A DNA stretch of 64,000 bases from an uncultured Solirubrobacteraceae bacterium. Lineage in GTDB: Bacteria; Actinomycetota; Thermoleophilia; Solirubrobacterales; Solirubrobacteraceae. The notes under the pieces are model-generated. The model was not told the origin of the DNA. It saw nothing but the letters and a program-made list of their open reading frames with translations, and did no database searches. The position numbers and the translations under genes were made by a program. Of the stretch, positions 10,711-19,714 are shown piece after piece (the stretch's first letter is position 1; every line of letters starts with the position of its first letter). The stretch is taken from positions 1-64,000 of the forward strand of contig CAZPQW010000017.1 of the NCBI GenBank assembly GCA_964588985.1. Reading direction: 5' to 3'.

Positions 10711-10741
10711 ATCCGCCTCCTATAGTTCCCGTTCAAGATCG

Positions 10742-11593
10742 TCAGGGAATCCTGCTGCTCCGGCCGTGGTTGGCCGCGAACTGTTCGAGGTGAGGCCGGT
10801 CGAAAGCAGAAGGATAGATTGCATCTCGAGTCAAGCCCGCACGAGTCGAAAGGAACGATCGCAAACCCTCCTTTAGGTTGTCCTGTACTCGAAATACACA
10901 TACCTTCTTGACGTCGCTGCGTCCTGGATTTTTCCGATTCATTCTATATTTGACGGCCGTTTTGGATGTGACCGTCATCATCGGTTCGTCGCTGCGTTCC
11001 ACATCGTGCAGGAGAAATGCGCCTCGCTGGATTCGTAGTCGATGATCGATAGGTGGTGGCTCGTAGTACGCGACATTGTTGCCGATGCTTTTCAGCACGC
11101 GAGCAATGGATCTAGGGTCGAAGGGCGCCAACATTTTTCCGGGGCGTCGTATTGCGACAAGAACTCCATCCGGCACTTTTGTCGCATGGCTGGGATCAGA
11201 ACAGCATGCGTTGGCGCCCGGAGGCTTTGTTGCTGCCATAAAGAGCGCGACCGCCGGATCGGTAGTGACATCTAGGAGCGCAGTTGCAGCTCCTTGGTGC
11301 TGGAGGCGAGCGAGTAGAGCAAGATCGGTTAACCGGACATCGTCATGAGCATTGAGATTGGCAGTGCGACAGGCGTCGAGCATGCTAATCAGCGCTGGAA
11401 CACGGTCGGCAGGATTGCCCTTCCTGGTCACGATGCCCGGCGTCAAGCCCCAATTGCAACACCAGTGCCCTCGCCAGAGCCACTGCTCATCCTTGAACGC
11501 CACATGTAGGCGCCAGATGTCTTCCAGAAGCCGGCGCTGCCTTTGGGGGGCCTGGCCAGATGGAGCGGAGGGATACCAGTTGTCCTTGAGCAT
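10742..11593 (-). CDS. FRG domain protein
   Basis: LWRGH, LQHQGAATALLDVTTDPAVALFMA, RLRIQRGAFLL; more AT-rich than host genes. Confidence 0.85.
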   Translation of the reverse strand: MLKDNWYPSAPSGQAPQRQRRLLEDIWRLHVAFKDEQWLWRGHWCCNWGLTPGIVTRKGNPADRVPALISMLDACRTANLNAHDDVRLTDLALLARLQHQGAATALLDVTTDPAVALFMAATKPPGANACCSDPSHATKVPDGVLVAIRRPGKMLAPFDPRSIARVLKSIGNNVAYYEPPPIDHRLRIQRGAFLLHDVERSDEPMMTVTSKTAVKYRMNRKNPGRSDVKKVCVFRVQDNLKEGLRSFLSTRAGLTRDAIYPSAFDRPHLEQFAANHGRSSRIP

Positions 11594-11739
11594 GCCGAAA
11601 GGCTAAGGTTCCGCCCGGCGGTGCGGACAGTTCAATTTGTCGGCCTTCGTCACGCCACCGCAATCCGGCGGTTCCGCGAGGTCGCTAGCTATGGGTACAC
11701 GCGAGAGCAGGGACGGCGGAGAGAGCGAGCGACGGGGCT

Positions 11740-12447
11740 CTACCCCGCCTGCTCGGTCGGCCGGATGAGGATCTCGTTGACGTTGACGTGCGGGGGCTGG
11801 GAGGCGGCGTAGATCACGGCGCGCGCGATGTCGTCGTCCTGGAGCGCGTCGGTGGGCCGGTTCTCGAAGAACGGCGTGTCGACCATCCCGGGCTCGATCA
11901 GCGTGACGCGCACGCCCGTGCCGTGCAGATCCTGACGCGCGGCCTCGCCCATGGCGGTGACGGCGTGCTTGGTGCACGAGTACATCGACCCGGGCAGCAC
12001 GCGCCGGCCGGCGACGCTGGAGGTGAGCATCAGGTGTCCGCGCGACTCCTTCAGCGCGGGGATGCACGCGCGCAGCGTGAGCGCGGCGCCGTAGACGTTC
12101 GTGAGCACCATCTCCCGCCAGTGCTCGGGCGTGTCGTTGAGGAAGCCGCGCGGCCCGCCGAAACCGGCGTTGGCGAACGCGACGTCGATTCGCCCGAAGG
12201 CAGCGAGCGCTTCGGCGACCATCCGCTGCTGGTCCTCCCACTCGGTCACGTCGCAGCGCACCGCCAGAGCGTGCTCTGAGCCGCCGAGCTCCTGTGCGAG
12301 CTCTCCCAGCCGCTCGGCGGAGCGCGCGGCGAGCACGACGCGCCAGCCCTCGGCGCGGGCGTGGCGGGCGGTGGCGGCGCCGATCCCGGAGGAGGCGCCG
12401 GTGATCAGGAGGACCCGATCGGCGGGAGTTGGGCTCTGTGCGGTCAT
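11740..12447 (-). CDS. SDR family oxidoreductase
   Basis: TGASSGIG, NAG, YSCTK; C-terminal VNVNEILIRPTEQ. Confidence 0.9.
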   Translation of the reverse strand: MTAQSPTPADRVLLITGASSGIGAATARHARAEGWRVVLAARSAERLGELAQELGGSEHALAVRCDVTEWEDQQRMVAEALAAFGRIDVAFANAGFGGPRGFLNDTPEHWREMVLTNVYGAALTLRACIPALKESRGHLMLTSSVAGRRVLPGSMYSCTKHAVTAMGEAARQDLHGTGVRVTLIEPGMVDTPFFENRPTDALQDDDIARAVIYAASQPPHVNVNEILIRPTEQAG

Positions 12448-12492
12448 GGGTGGGCTCCTTGTGTCGCGGTCTGGGCTGTCACGATGCTCTCC

Positions 12493-13842
12493 ATGCTGCA
12501 CGATCGCGCGAGGATCCACGTACAGGCGGGTGCCGGCGGCGACGGCTCGACGAGCTTTCGCCGCGAAGCGCACGTGCCGCGCGGCGGCCCGGACGGCGGC
12601 GACGGTGGCCACGGGGGCGCGGTGGTGGTGGTGTGCGACGACTCGCTGCGCGACCTGCAGAGCTTCCGGCGCAAGGCCCAGCACCGCGCCGGTCGCGGCG
12701 GGCACGGCGGCAGCTCACAGCGCCACGGAGCGGACGGCGAGACGCTGATCATCCGCGTCCCGCCCGGCACGCAGATCGAGGGCTCGGACGACGACGGCGG
12801 CGATCTCGAGGGGCGCCGCTGGGAGCTGCTCGCGGACGGCCAGCGCGCGACGGTCGCGCGGGGCGGTAGCGGCGGCAAGGGCAACAAGCGCTTCGCTACG
12901 CCCACCCGCCAGGCGCCGCGCTTCGCCGAGAAGGGCCTCGCGGGCGAGGAAGGGTGGCTCGAGCTGCAGCTGAAGCTGCTCGCCGACGTGGGCCTCGTGG
13001 GGCTGCCGAACGCGGGCAAGTCCTCGCTGCTGTCGCGTCTGACGCGCGCGGCGCCGAAGGTCGCGAGCTACCCGTTCACGACGCTCTCGCCGGTGCTGGG
13101 CGTGCTCGAAGGCGACGATCGCCAGCTGATCGTGGCGGACATCCCGGGGCTGATCGAGGGCGCGAGCGAAGGCGCGGGGCTCGGGCACGACTTCCTCGCG
13201 CACGTCGAGCGCACGCGCCTGCTGGTGCACGTCCTCGACCTAGCGCCCGAGATATCACAGGGCGAGGGCGCGGACGCGCTGGCGAACTACACGACGATCG
13301 AGCACGAGCTCGCCGCGCACGACGAGCGTCTCGCGCGACTGCCGCGGATACTGGCGCTGTCGAAGGCCGATCTGGTCACCCCCGAGCGCGCGGCTGAGGC
13401 GCTCGCGGAGTGGCAGGAGCGCCTCGGCTCCGACGTGCCGGTGTTCGTGACGTCGAGCGCGACGGGCGAGGGGCTCCCGCTGCTGGCCGGCGAGCTGCTG
13501 CGGCGCGTGTCGCTCGGCGGCGAGGAGGAGGGGGAAGCGGTGCCGGCCCAGGTGGCGAGCGTGACGGGCGAGGACGAGCTGGCCGAGCACATGGTGTTCC
13601 GCCCGACGGGCGCGAGCGGTTTTCGCGTCGAGCGCGTCGGCCCGGGCGCGTTCGCGGTCAGGGGCCGGGGGATCGAGCGCCTGCTGGCCCGCTACGAGGT
13701 CGAGAACGAGGACGCGATGGCCTACCTCGAGGGGAGGCTGCGCAGGATCGGCGTGCTTAGGGCGTTGGAGGCCGAGGGCTTCCAGCCGGGGGACGAGATC
13801 GAGATCGCGGGAGTGACGTTCGAGCTGGACCCGAGCGCGTAG
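12493..13842 (+). CDS. obgE: GTPase ObgE/CgtA
   Basis: Gly-rich Obg fold GGPDGGDGG, GLPNAGKSS, DIPGL, C-terminal OCT domain. Confidence 0.96.
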   Translation: MLHDRARIHVQAGAGGDGSTSFRREAHVPRGGPDGGDGGHGGAVVVVCDDSLRDLQSFRRKAQHRAGRGGHGGSSQRHGADGETLIIRVPPGTQIEGSDDDGGDLEGRRWELLADGQRATVARGGSGGKGNKRFATPTRQAPRFAEKGLAGEEGWLELQLKLLADVGLVGLPNAGKSSLLSRLTRAAPKVASYPFTTLSPVLGVLEGDDRQLIVADIPGLIEGASEGAGLGHDFLAHVERTRLLVHVLDLAPEISQGEGADALANYTTIEHELAAHDERLARLPRILALSKADLVTPERAAEALAEWQERLGSDVPVFVTSSATGEGLPLLAGELLRRVSLGGEEEGEAVPAQVASVTGEDELAEHMVFRPTGASGFRVERVGPGAFAVRGRGIERLLARYEVENEDAMAYLEGRLRRIGVLRALEAEGFQPGDEIEIAGVTFELDPSA

Positions 13843-13870
13843 CGATTATAGCTCATAGGTTATAATCGCT
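13841..13870. promoter_or_regulatory. Perfect 10-bp inverted repeat operator overlapping a TATAAT -10 box
   Basis: AGCGATTATA-N10-TATAATCGCT; TATAAT (13861-13866) is 7 nt before ATG 13874. Confidence 0.75.
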
Positions 13871-13873
13871 TGC

Positions 13874-14212
13874 ATGTCATCTGCTTCGGCTTTGCTCAGA
13901 ACAGCGCGCCGGAACGCGAGCCTCACGCAGACAGATCTGGCGAGACGGCTGGGAGTCAGCCAAGCGGCCATCGCCAAGCTGGAGAGGCCTGGAGCAAACC
14001 CCACGATGGCGACTGTCGAGGCCGCGCTGTGGGCGACCGGGCATCGGCTTGTGCTGGACGCTCCCGCGAGGCGAGTGGGTGTGGATGAGAGTTTGATCCG
14101 CCAGCACTTGGAACTGACGCCGAGCGAACGGCTGAGCGGCCTCGAAGCGATGTATGCCGAGGCGCGTGCGCTGGTGCTCGCCGGCGCGAGGAGTCGCGGT
14201 GAACAGCCCTGA
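13874..14212 (+). CDS. XRE-family HTH protein, putative antitoxin
   Basis: LTQTDLARRLGVSQAAIAKLER..NPT; C-terminal VDESLIRQHLELTPSERL. Confidence 0.8.
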   Translation: MSSASALLRTARRNASLTQTDLARRLGVSQAAIAKLERPGANPTMATVEAALWATGHRLVLDAPARRVGVDESLIRQHLELTPSERLSGLEAMYAEARALVLAGARSRGEQP

Positions 14213-14720
14213 GCAGTGGCTGAGAAACCCGGAGTTTCGGCTTCGCTCGTTGCTGCGCAGCTTGACCGAGGGAGGAGTGGACTTCGTGGTCATCGGGGGT
14301 GTTGCCGTGATCGTGCAAGCGAGCCCGCGGCTAACGAAGGACCTCGACATCTGTTACGACCCGGGGCACGAGAACCTCGAGCGCCTCGCGGCTGTGCTGG
14401 TGAAGCTCGAGGCCAAGCTGCGAGGGGTCGACGAGGATCTGCCGTTCGTCCCCGACGCGCGCACGCTCCGACGAACGCAGATCCTGACTTTGACCACAGT
14501 CGACGGCGGTATCGATCTGCTCGTGGACCCAGACGGCTCTCCCAGCTATTCCGCCCTGAGACGTAGGGCGAGTCAGGTGGAGTTCGAAGGGGTCTCAGTC
14601 CGGGTCGCGTCGGTCGACGATCTGATTGCGATGAAGCGCGCCGCCGGTCGTCCTCAAGATCTGGTCGATCTCGAAGCGTTGGAGATCGCTCGCATCCGTA
14701 CGCGTCGTGGGGGCAAATAA
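14199..14720 (+). CDS. Nucleotidyltransferase-fold protein, putative toxin
   Basis: FVVIGGVAV...RLTKDLD, LIAMKRAAGRPQDLVD; GAGGAG RBS and GTG start overlapping the HTH gene. Confidence 0.75.
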   Translation: MNSPEQWLRNPEFRLRSLLRSLTEGGVDFVVIGGVAVIVQASPRLTKDLDICYDPGHENLERLAAVLVKLEAKLRGVDEDLPFVPDARTLRRTQILTLTTVDGGIDLLVDPDGSPSYSALRRRASQVEFEGVSVRVASVDDLIAMKRAAGRPQDLVDLEALEIARIRTRRGGK

Positions 14721-14729
14721 GCTCCACGT

Positions 14730-15839
14730 ATGAGACGAGTGGTCGTGAAGCTGGGCTCGAGCGTCGTCGCGTCGAGCGACGGCGCTCCGCGTGCTGAGGT
14801 GCTCGCGCGCGTGTGCGACCAGCTCGCGGCGCTGCACCGCGAGGGCGTGGAGGTGATCGTGGTGACGAGCGGCGCGATCGCGCACGGCATGCGCGTGATG
14901 GGGCTGCCCCAGCGCCCGACGACGGTCGGCGCGCTGCAGGCGGCGAGCGCGGTGGGGCAGGGCAAGCTCTACCGCGTGTATGACGAGCTGCTGCGCGAAC
15001 GGGAGGTGACGAGCGCGCAGGTGCTGCTGACGTTCTTCGACATGAGCGCGCGCACCCACTACCTGAACGCGCGCAAGACGCTCTCGACGCTGTTGGAGTG
15101 GCGCGTGATGCCGGTGATCAACGAGAACGACACGACCGCGACGGACGAGATCTCCTTCGGCGACAACGACTTCCTGGCGGCGCAGGTGGCGGTGCTGATC
15201 GCCGCGGAGGAGCTGATCCTGTTGACGGACATCGACGGCCTCTACACGGCCGACCCGCGGCTGTATCCGGAGGCGCACATCGTGAGCGAGGTGAGCGACT
15301 TCTCGGCGCTGGAGAACCTCGCGATCGGCCACACGACCTCGCCGCTCGGCTCGGGCGGCATGCGCTCGAAGGTGGTCGCGGCGGAGATGGCGACGGCGGC
15401 GGGGATCCCGACGACGATCTGCAACGGGCTGCGCGCGGAGGCGCTCGCGGCGGTGCTGGCGGGCGAGCGCGAGGGCACGCGCTTCGCGGCGGGCGAGGCG
15501 CGCTACTCGAGCTTCAAGCTGTGGCTGAAGTACGCGAAGCCCTCGCGCGGCACGCTGGTGATCGACCAGGGCGCGGCGCGCGCGGTGCGCGAGGGCGCGG
15601 CGAGCCTGCTGCCGGTGGGCGTGATCGACGTGAAGGGCGACTTCGACGCGGGCGACGCGGTGGACATCGTCGAGCTGCCGGGCGCCGCCGCGCACGGTCG
15701 CACGCTCGCGAAGGGGATCTGCAGCTACACGGCGGAGGAGCTGCGCCAGGTGATGGGGCTGAAGTCCGACGCGATCCGCGAGATCCTGCCGCGCGCGACC
15801 GACGAGGCGGTGCACCGCGACTACCTCGTGGTCGACTGA
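14730..15839 (+). CDS. proB: Glutamate 5-kinase
   Basis: VVKLGSS, VTSGAIA, INENDT, FGDND, GSGGMRSK, PUA domain. Confidence 0.96.
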   Translation: MRRVVVKLGSSVVASSDGAPRAEVLARVCDQLAALHREGVEVIVVTSGAIAHGMRVMGLPQRPTTVGALQAASAVGQGKLYRVYDELLREREVTSAQVLLTFFDMSARTHYLNARKTLSTLLEWRVMPVINENDTTATDEISFGDNDFLAAQVAVLIAAEELILLTDIDGLYTADPRLYPEAHIVSEVSDFSALENLAIGHTTSPLGSGGMRSKVVAAEMATAAGIPTTICNGLRAEALAAVLAGEREGTRFAAGEARYSSFKLWLKYAKPSRGTLVIDQGAARAVREGAASLLPVGVIDVKGDFDAGDAVDIVELPGAAAHGRTLAKGICSYTAEELRQVMGLKSDAIREILPRATDEAVHRDYLVVD

Positions 15840-15872
15840 CAGACGGCCTCGGGCGTCGTACCCTGTGTGCTC

Positions 15873-17180
15873 ATGGCAACGGCCGTCACATCATCGGTAG
15901 CTGAGACCTGTCGCGCGGCCAAGCGCGCGGCGCGCGTGCTCGCGCAGACCGACACCGCGATCAAGGATGCGGCGCTGGAGGCGATCGCGACGGCGCTGAA
16001 CGCCCGCACGGACGAGATTCTGGCGGCGAACGATCGCGACATGCAGCTCGCGCGCGAGGCCGACATCGGCGACGCGCTCCTGGACCGCCTGCGCTTGGAC
16101 GAGGGGCGCATCGAGGCGATCGCGCGCGCTGTGCGTCAGATCGCTGCGCTCGGGGACCCGGTGGGGGAGGTGATCGACGGGCACCGCCTGCCGAACGGCC
16201 TGGACGTGCGCAAGGTGCGCGTGCCGCTGGGCGTGGTGGCGGTGGTGTATGAGGCGCGCCCGAACGTGACGATCGACGCGGCGGCGCTGTGCCTGAAGTC
16301 GGGCAACGCGATCGTGCTGCGCGGCTCCTCCTCGGCGATGCACTCCAACGCGGCGCTCGCGCGGATCGCGGGCGAGGCGGCGGTCGCGGCGGGCCTGCCG
16401 GAGGGCTGCGTGAGCCTCGTGGCGGGCGGCGGGCGTGAGGAGCTCGCGGAGCTGGCGACGCAGAGAGAGAGCGTCGACCTGATCATCCCGCGCGGCGGGG
16501 AGGGGTTGAAGGACGCGCTGCAGGCGGTGGCGACGGTGCCGGTGATCTACGCGGCGTCGGGCAACTGCCACGTGTACGTGGACGGGAGCGCGGACTTCGA
16601 CCAGGCCGAGGCGATCGTGATCAACGCGAAGACCCAGCGTCCGGGCGTGTGCAACGCGGCGGAGACGCTGCTGGTGCACGAGCGCATCGCGCCCGAGCTG
16701 CTGCCGCGGCTGCTGCGCGCGCTGGGTAGCGCGGGGGTGCTGGTGCGCGGCGACGAGCGCGTGCGCGAGCTGGCGCAGGCGGCGGCGGGAGAGGGCGCGG
16801 ACGTGTGGGAGTCGCTCGGCGTGGTCGTGGAGCCCGCGACGGAGGAGGACTGGGCGAGCGAGTACCTCGCGCCGATCCTCGCGGTGGGCGTGGTCGACTC
16901 GGTGGAGGAGGCGATCGAGCACGTGGGCCGCTACGGCAGCGGTCACTCGGAGGCGATCGTGACGCGCGACACGGCGGCGGCACGCGCGTTCCAGCTGGGC
17001 GTGGACGCGGCGTGCGTGTACGTGAACGCGTCGACGCGCTTCACCGACGGCGGCGAGTTCGGGATGGGCGCGGAGATCGGCAACTCGACGCAGAAGCTGC
17101 ACGCGCGCGGCCCGATCGGCCTGCGCGAGCTGTGCACGTTCAAGTACCTCGTCGAAGGCGACGGCCACGTCCGCGTCTGA
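15873..17180 (+). CDS. proA: Gamma-glutamyl phosphate reductase
   Basis: VPLGVV..YEARPNVT, CNAAETLLV, NASTRFTDGGEFGMGAEIGNSTQKLHARGP. Confidence 0.96.
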   Translation: MATAVTSSVAETCRAAKRAARVLAQTDTAIKDAALEAIATALNARTDEILAANDRDMQLAREADIGDALLDRLRLDEGRIEAIARAVRQIAALGDPVGEVIDGHRLPNGLDVRKVRVPLGVVAVVYEARPNVTIDAAALCLKSGNAIVLRGSSSAMHSNAALARIAGEAAVAAGLPEGCVSLVAGGGREELAELATQRESVDLIIPRGGEGLKDALQAVATVPVIYAASGNCHVYVDGSADFDQAEAIVINAKTQRPGVCNAAETLLVHERIAPELLPRLLRALGSAGVLVRGDERVRELAQAAAGEGADVWESLGVVVEPATEEDWASEYLAPILAVGVVDSVEEAIEHVGRYGSGHSEAIVTRDTAAARAFQLGVDAACVYVNASTRFTDGGEFGMGAEIGNSTQKLHARGPIGLRELCTFKYLVEGDGHVRV

Positions 17181-17184
17181 GCCC

Positions 17185-17832
17185 CTGACGAGGAGCGTCG
17201 GCATCCTCGGAGGGACGTTCAACCCGCCGCACCTGGGACACCTGGCGGTGGCGCGCCACGCGCGAGAGGAGTTGGGATTGGATCGCGTTGTGCTGATGCC
17301 GACGGGCAGCCCCATGCACAAGCCCGCCGCGGAGGATCCGGGTGCGGAGTGCCGTCTTGCGATGTGTCGTCTCGCCGCGCAGACCGTGGAAGGACTGTCG
17401 GCGTGCGCCCTGGAGGTGGAACGCGGCGGGCCGTCCTATACCGTGGATACCTTGAGAGCCATACACGCAAGCCATCCAGACGCCGAGCTGACGTTCATCG
17501 TGGGCGCGGACACTGCCTCCACGCTGGCATCCTGGCGCGAGCCTGTCGAGCTGCTGGGTCTGGCGCGCCTGGCCGTCGCCTCGCGCAGCGGCTCCGGCAG
17601 GCAGCAGGTGCTCGACACGGTCACGGGCCTCGTGGGCGGGGACGAGCGGGCGCGCGAGCGGCTGACCTCGCGCGTGGGGTTCCTGACGATGGACACGATC
17701 GAGGTGTCCTCCTCCTCGGTGCGTGAGCGCGCTCGGCGCGGGGAGTCCCTGGAGACCTTCGTGGGCCCGGCGGTCGCCACCTACATCGCGGAGCACGGCC
17801 TCTACAGCGGCGCGCGGGAGGCGGTGGGCTGA
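17185..17832 (+). CDS. nadD: Nicotinate-nucleotide adenylyltransferase (start codon apparently non-canonical)
   Basis: GILGGTFNPPHLGH, SYTVDTL, FIVGAD, VSSSSVR; proA-nadD-rsfS synteny. Confidence 0.9.
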   Translation: MTRSVGILGGTFNPPHLGHLAVARHAREELGLDRVVLMPTGSPMHKPAAEDPGAECRLAMCRLAAQTVEGLSACALEVERGGPSYTVDTLRAIHASHPDAELTFIVGADTASTLASWREPVELLGLARLAVASRSGSGRQQVLDTVTGLVGGDERARERLTSRVGFLTMDTIEVSSSSVRERARRGESLETFVGPAVATYIAEHGLYSGAREAVG

Positions 17833-18191
17833 TGCAGGGCGAGGAGCTGATCGGCGAGATCGCGCGTTTCGCGGCCGACAAGAAGGCGATCGACGTGGTC
17901 GAGCTGGACCTGCGCGGCGTGCTCGGCTACACCGACTACTTCCTCGTGTGCTCGGGCAACACCGGCCGCCAGGCGAAGGCGATCCAGGACGGCATCCTGG
18001 AGGGGCTCAAGAGCGAGCACGGCATCGCGCCGCGCAGGATCGAGGGCTCGATCCAGGCCGGCTGGATCCTGATGGACTACCTCGACGTGGTGGTGCACAT
18101 CTTCACGCCCGAGACGCGCGAGTTCTACCGCCTGGAGCAGCTGTGGGGAGAGGTGCCGGCGCGCGCCGCGGCGGGCGCCGAGGGCGCGTAG
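17832..18191 (+). CDS. rsfS: Ribosome silencing factor
   Basis: DKKAIDV..LD, TDYF, WILMDYLDVVVHIF...REFYRLEQLW. Confidence 0.95.
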   Translation: MQGEELIGEIARFAADKKAIDVVELDLRGVLGYTDYFLVCSGNTGRQAKAIQDGILEGLKSEHGIAPRRIEGSIQAGWILMDYLDVVVHIFTPETREFYRLEQLWGEVPARAAAGAEGA

Positions 18192-18328
18192 TAGGAGACG
18201 CCTGGCGCCCGGCAGGCCGGGTAGCTCTCTGAACTATCGAAGTTCGGTTGACCAGTCGTAGGGTTTTTGGTTAGGGTCGCCGTACAGCGCCGCCGAGGGA
18301 GCGGTGCATCTGAGATGGAGGGGAATCC

Positions 18329-19555
18329 ATGCACTACTCGATCGCTCATCGCGGGAGGTCATACCTCGCGCTACTCGCGGCCGCGGCGCTGGCTGCGTCG
18401 CTGCTCTACAGCATCAGCGCCCTGACGCCGAGCGCGCACGCCGTCGAAGGGTCGCCCTGGACGGTCACTCTGGGCGACTCGTTCATCTCCGGCGAGGCCG
18501 GACGCTGGGCCGGCAACACGGACGAAAGCTCGTCGAAGACCGACGCGCTCGGCTCGACCGCCTACTACGACAACTCCGGCAACACCGCCGAGCTGATCAA
18601 AGGCTGCCACCGCTCGAAGTCGGCCGAGGCCTACATCGGCGGCGGCGTGAGCGGCGAGAACCTGGCGTGCTCGGGAGCGAAGACGTCGAGCTTCACGACC
18701 GAAGGGCTGTTCAAGCCGGGCATCGACTTCTACAGCTCGGGCGCCAACGAAGGCCAGGCGCTGATGCTCCAGCACTTCGCGGCGACGCACAACGTGAAGC
18801 TCGTGGCGCTGTCGATCGGCGGCAACAACTTCAACTTCGCGCCGATCGTGACGACGTGCATCGAGGACTTCCTCGAGTCGACGATCTTCTGGGACTTCTA
18901 CTGCAGCAAAGAAAGCTCTGTGACGAACAACTTCACGTCGAGCAACGTGTCGAAAATCAAGGGCGAAATCGAAACGGCGATCAAAAACGTCGCCACGGCG
19001 ATGACGAACGCGGGCTACACGAGCTCGCAGTACACGATCCTGGTGCAGAACTACCCCTCGCCGATCCCCAACGGGTCGGAATTCCGCTACACCCAGAGCG
19101 GCTACAGCCGCCAGACGACGGGCGGCTGCGGCTTCTGGAACACGGACGCGAACTACGCCAACGCGACGATGCTGCCGACGATCGACAGCACCGTCCTGAA
19201 CGCGGCCGCGGGGGCTGGCGTGTCGAACGTGAAGACGATGGAACTGAGCTCGGCGTTCAACAGCCACAGGCTGTGCGACAAAGGCGTGGGGCTGCTCGAG
19301 GAAGAGGGCCTGTCGAACTGGAAAGCGGCCGAAGCGGTGAACAAGAGCGAGTGGTTCAACCAGATCCGCACGATCGAAACGCTGTTCGGGACGTATGAAC
19401 TCCAGGAAGACATCCACCCGAACTACTGGGCACAGCTCGGCCTGCGCAACTGCCTGACCCAGGCGTACAACGCGGGCGCGCCGAAGGGCGGGACGTGCAC
19501 CACCTCGGGGACGGGATTGAACTCGGCCGGCGAGCCGAACATGTCGCTGCACTAG
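18329..19555 (+). CDS. Secreted SGNH/GDSL-family hydrolase
   Basis: Signal peptide, LGDSFISGE, CHRS, NLACSGA, SIGGN, DIHPN. Confidence 0.85.
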   Translation: MHYSIAHRGRSYLALLAAAALAASLLYSISALTPSAHAVEGSPWTVTLGDSFISGEAGRWAGNTDESSSKTDALGSTAYYDNSGNTAELIKGCHRSKSAEAYIGGGVSGENLACSGAKTSSFTTEGLFKPGIDFYSSGANEGQALMLQHFAATHNVKLVALSIGGNNFNFAPIVTTCIEDFLESTIFWDFYCSKESSVTNNFTSSNVSKIKGEIETAIKNVATAMTNAGYTSSQYTILVQNYPSPIPNGSEFRYTQSGYSRQTTGGCGFWNTDANYANATMLPTIDSTVLNAAAGAGVSNVKTMELSSAFNSHRLCDKGVGLLEEEGLSNWKAAEAVNKSEWFNQIRTIETLFGTYELQEDIHPNYWAQLGLRNCLTQAYNAGAPKGGTCTTSGTGLNSAGEPNMSLH

Positions 19556-19577
19556 GGAAGCGCAGAGGGACGCAGAG

Positions 19578-19608
19578 GCGCCGGCCGGGCTGTTCAGCCG
19601 GCCGGCGC
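19578..19608 (+). terminator. GC-rich hairpin after the SGNH gene
   Basis: GCGCCGGCCGGGCTG-TT-CAGCCGGCCGGCGC. Confidence 0.55.
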
Positions 19609-19714
19609 TTCGCGTTCCCCAAAGCACCATGGTTGACAATAAATTTAGGAAAGATCCGTAGTAGATACGGACGCTGCTGGCAGGTCAAGTACAGTAAGTG
19701 TCTAAATAGTCAAC

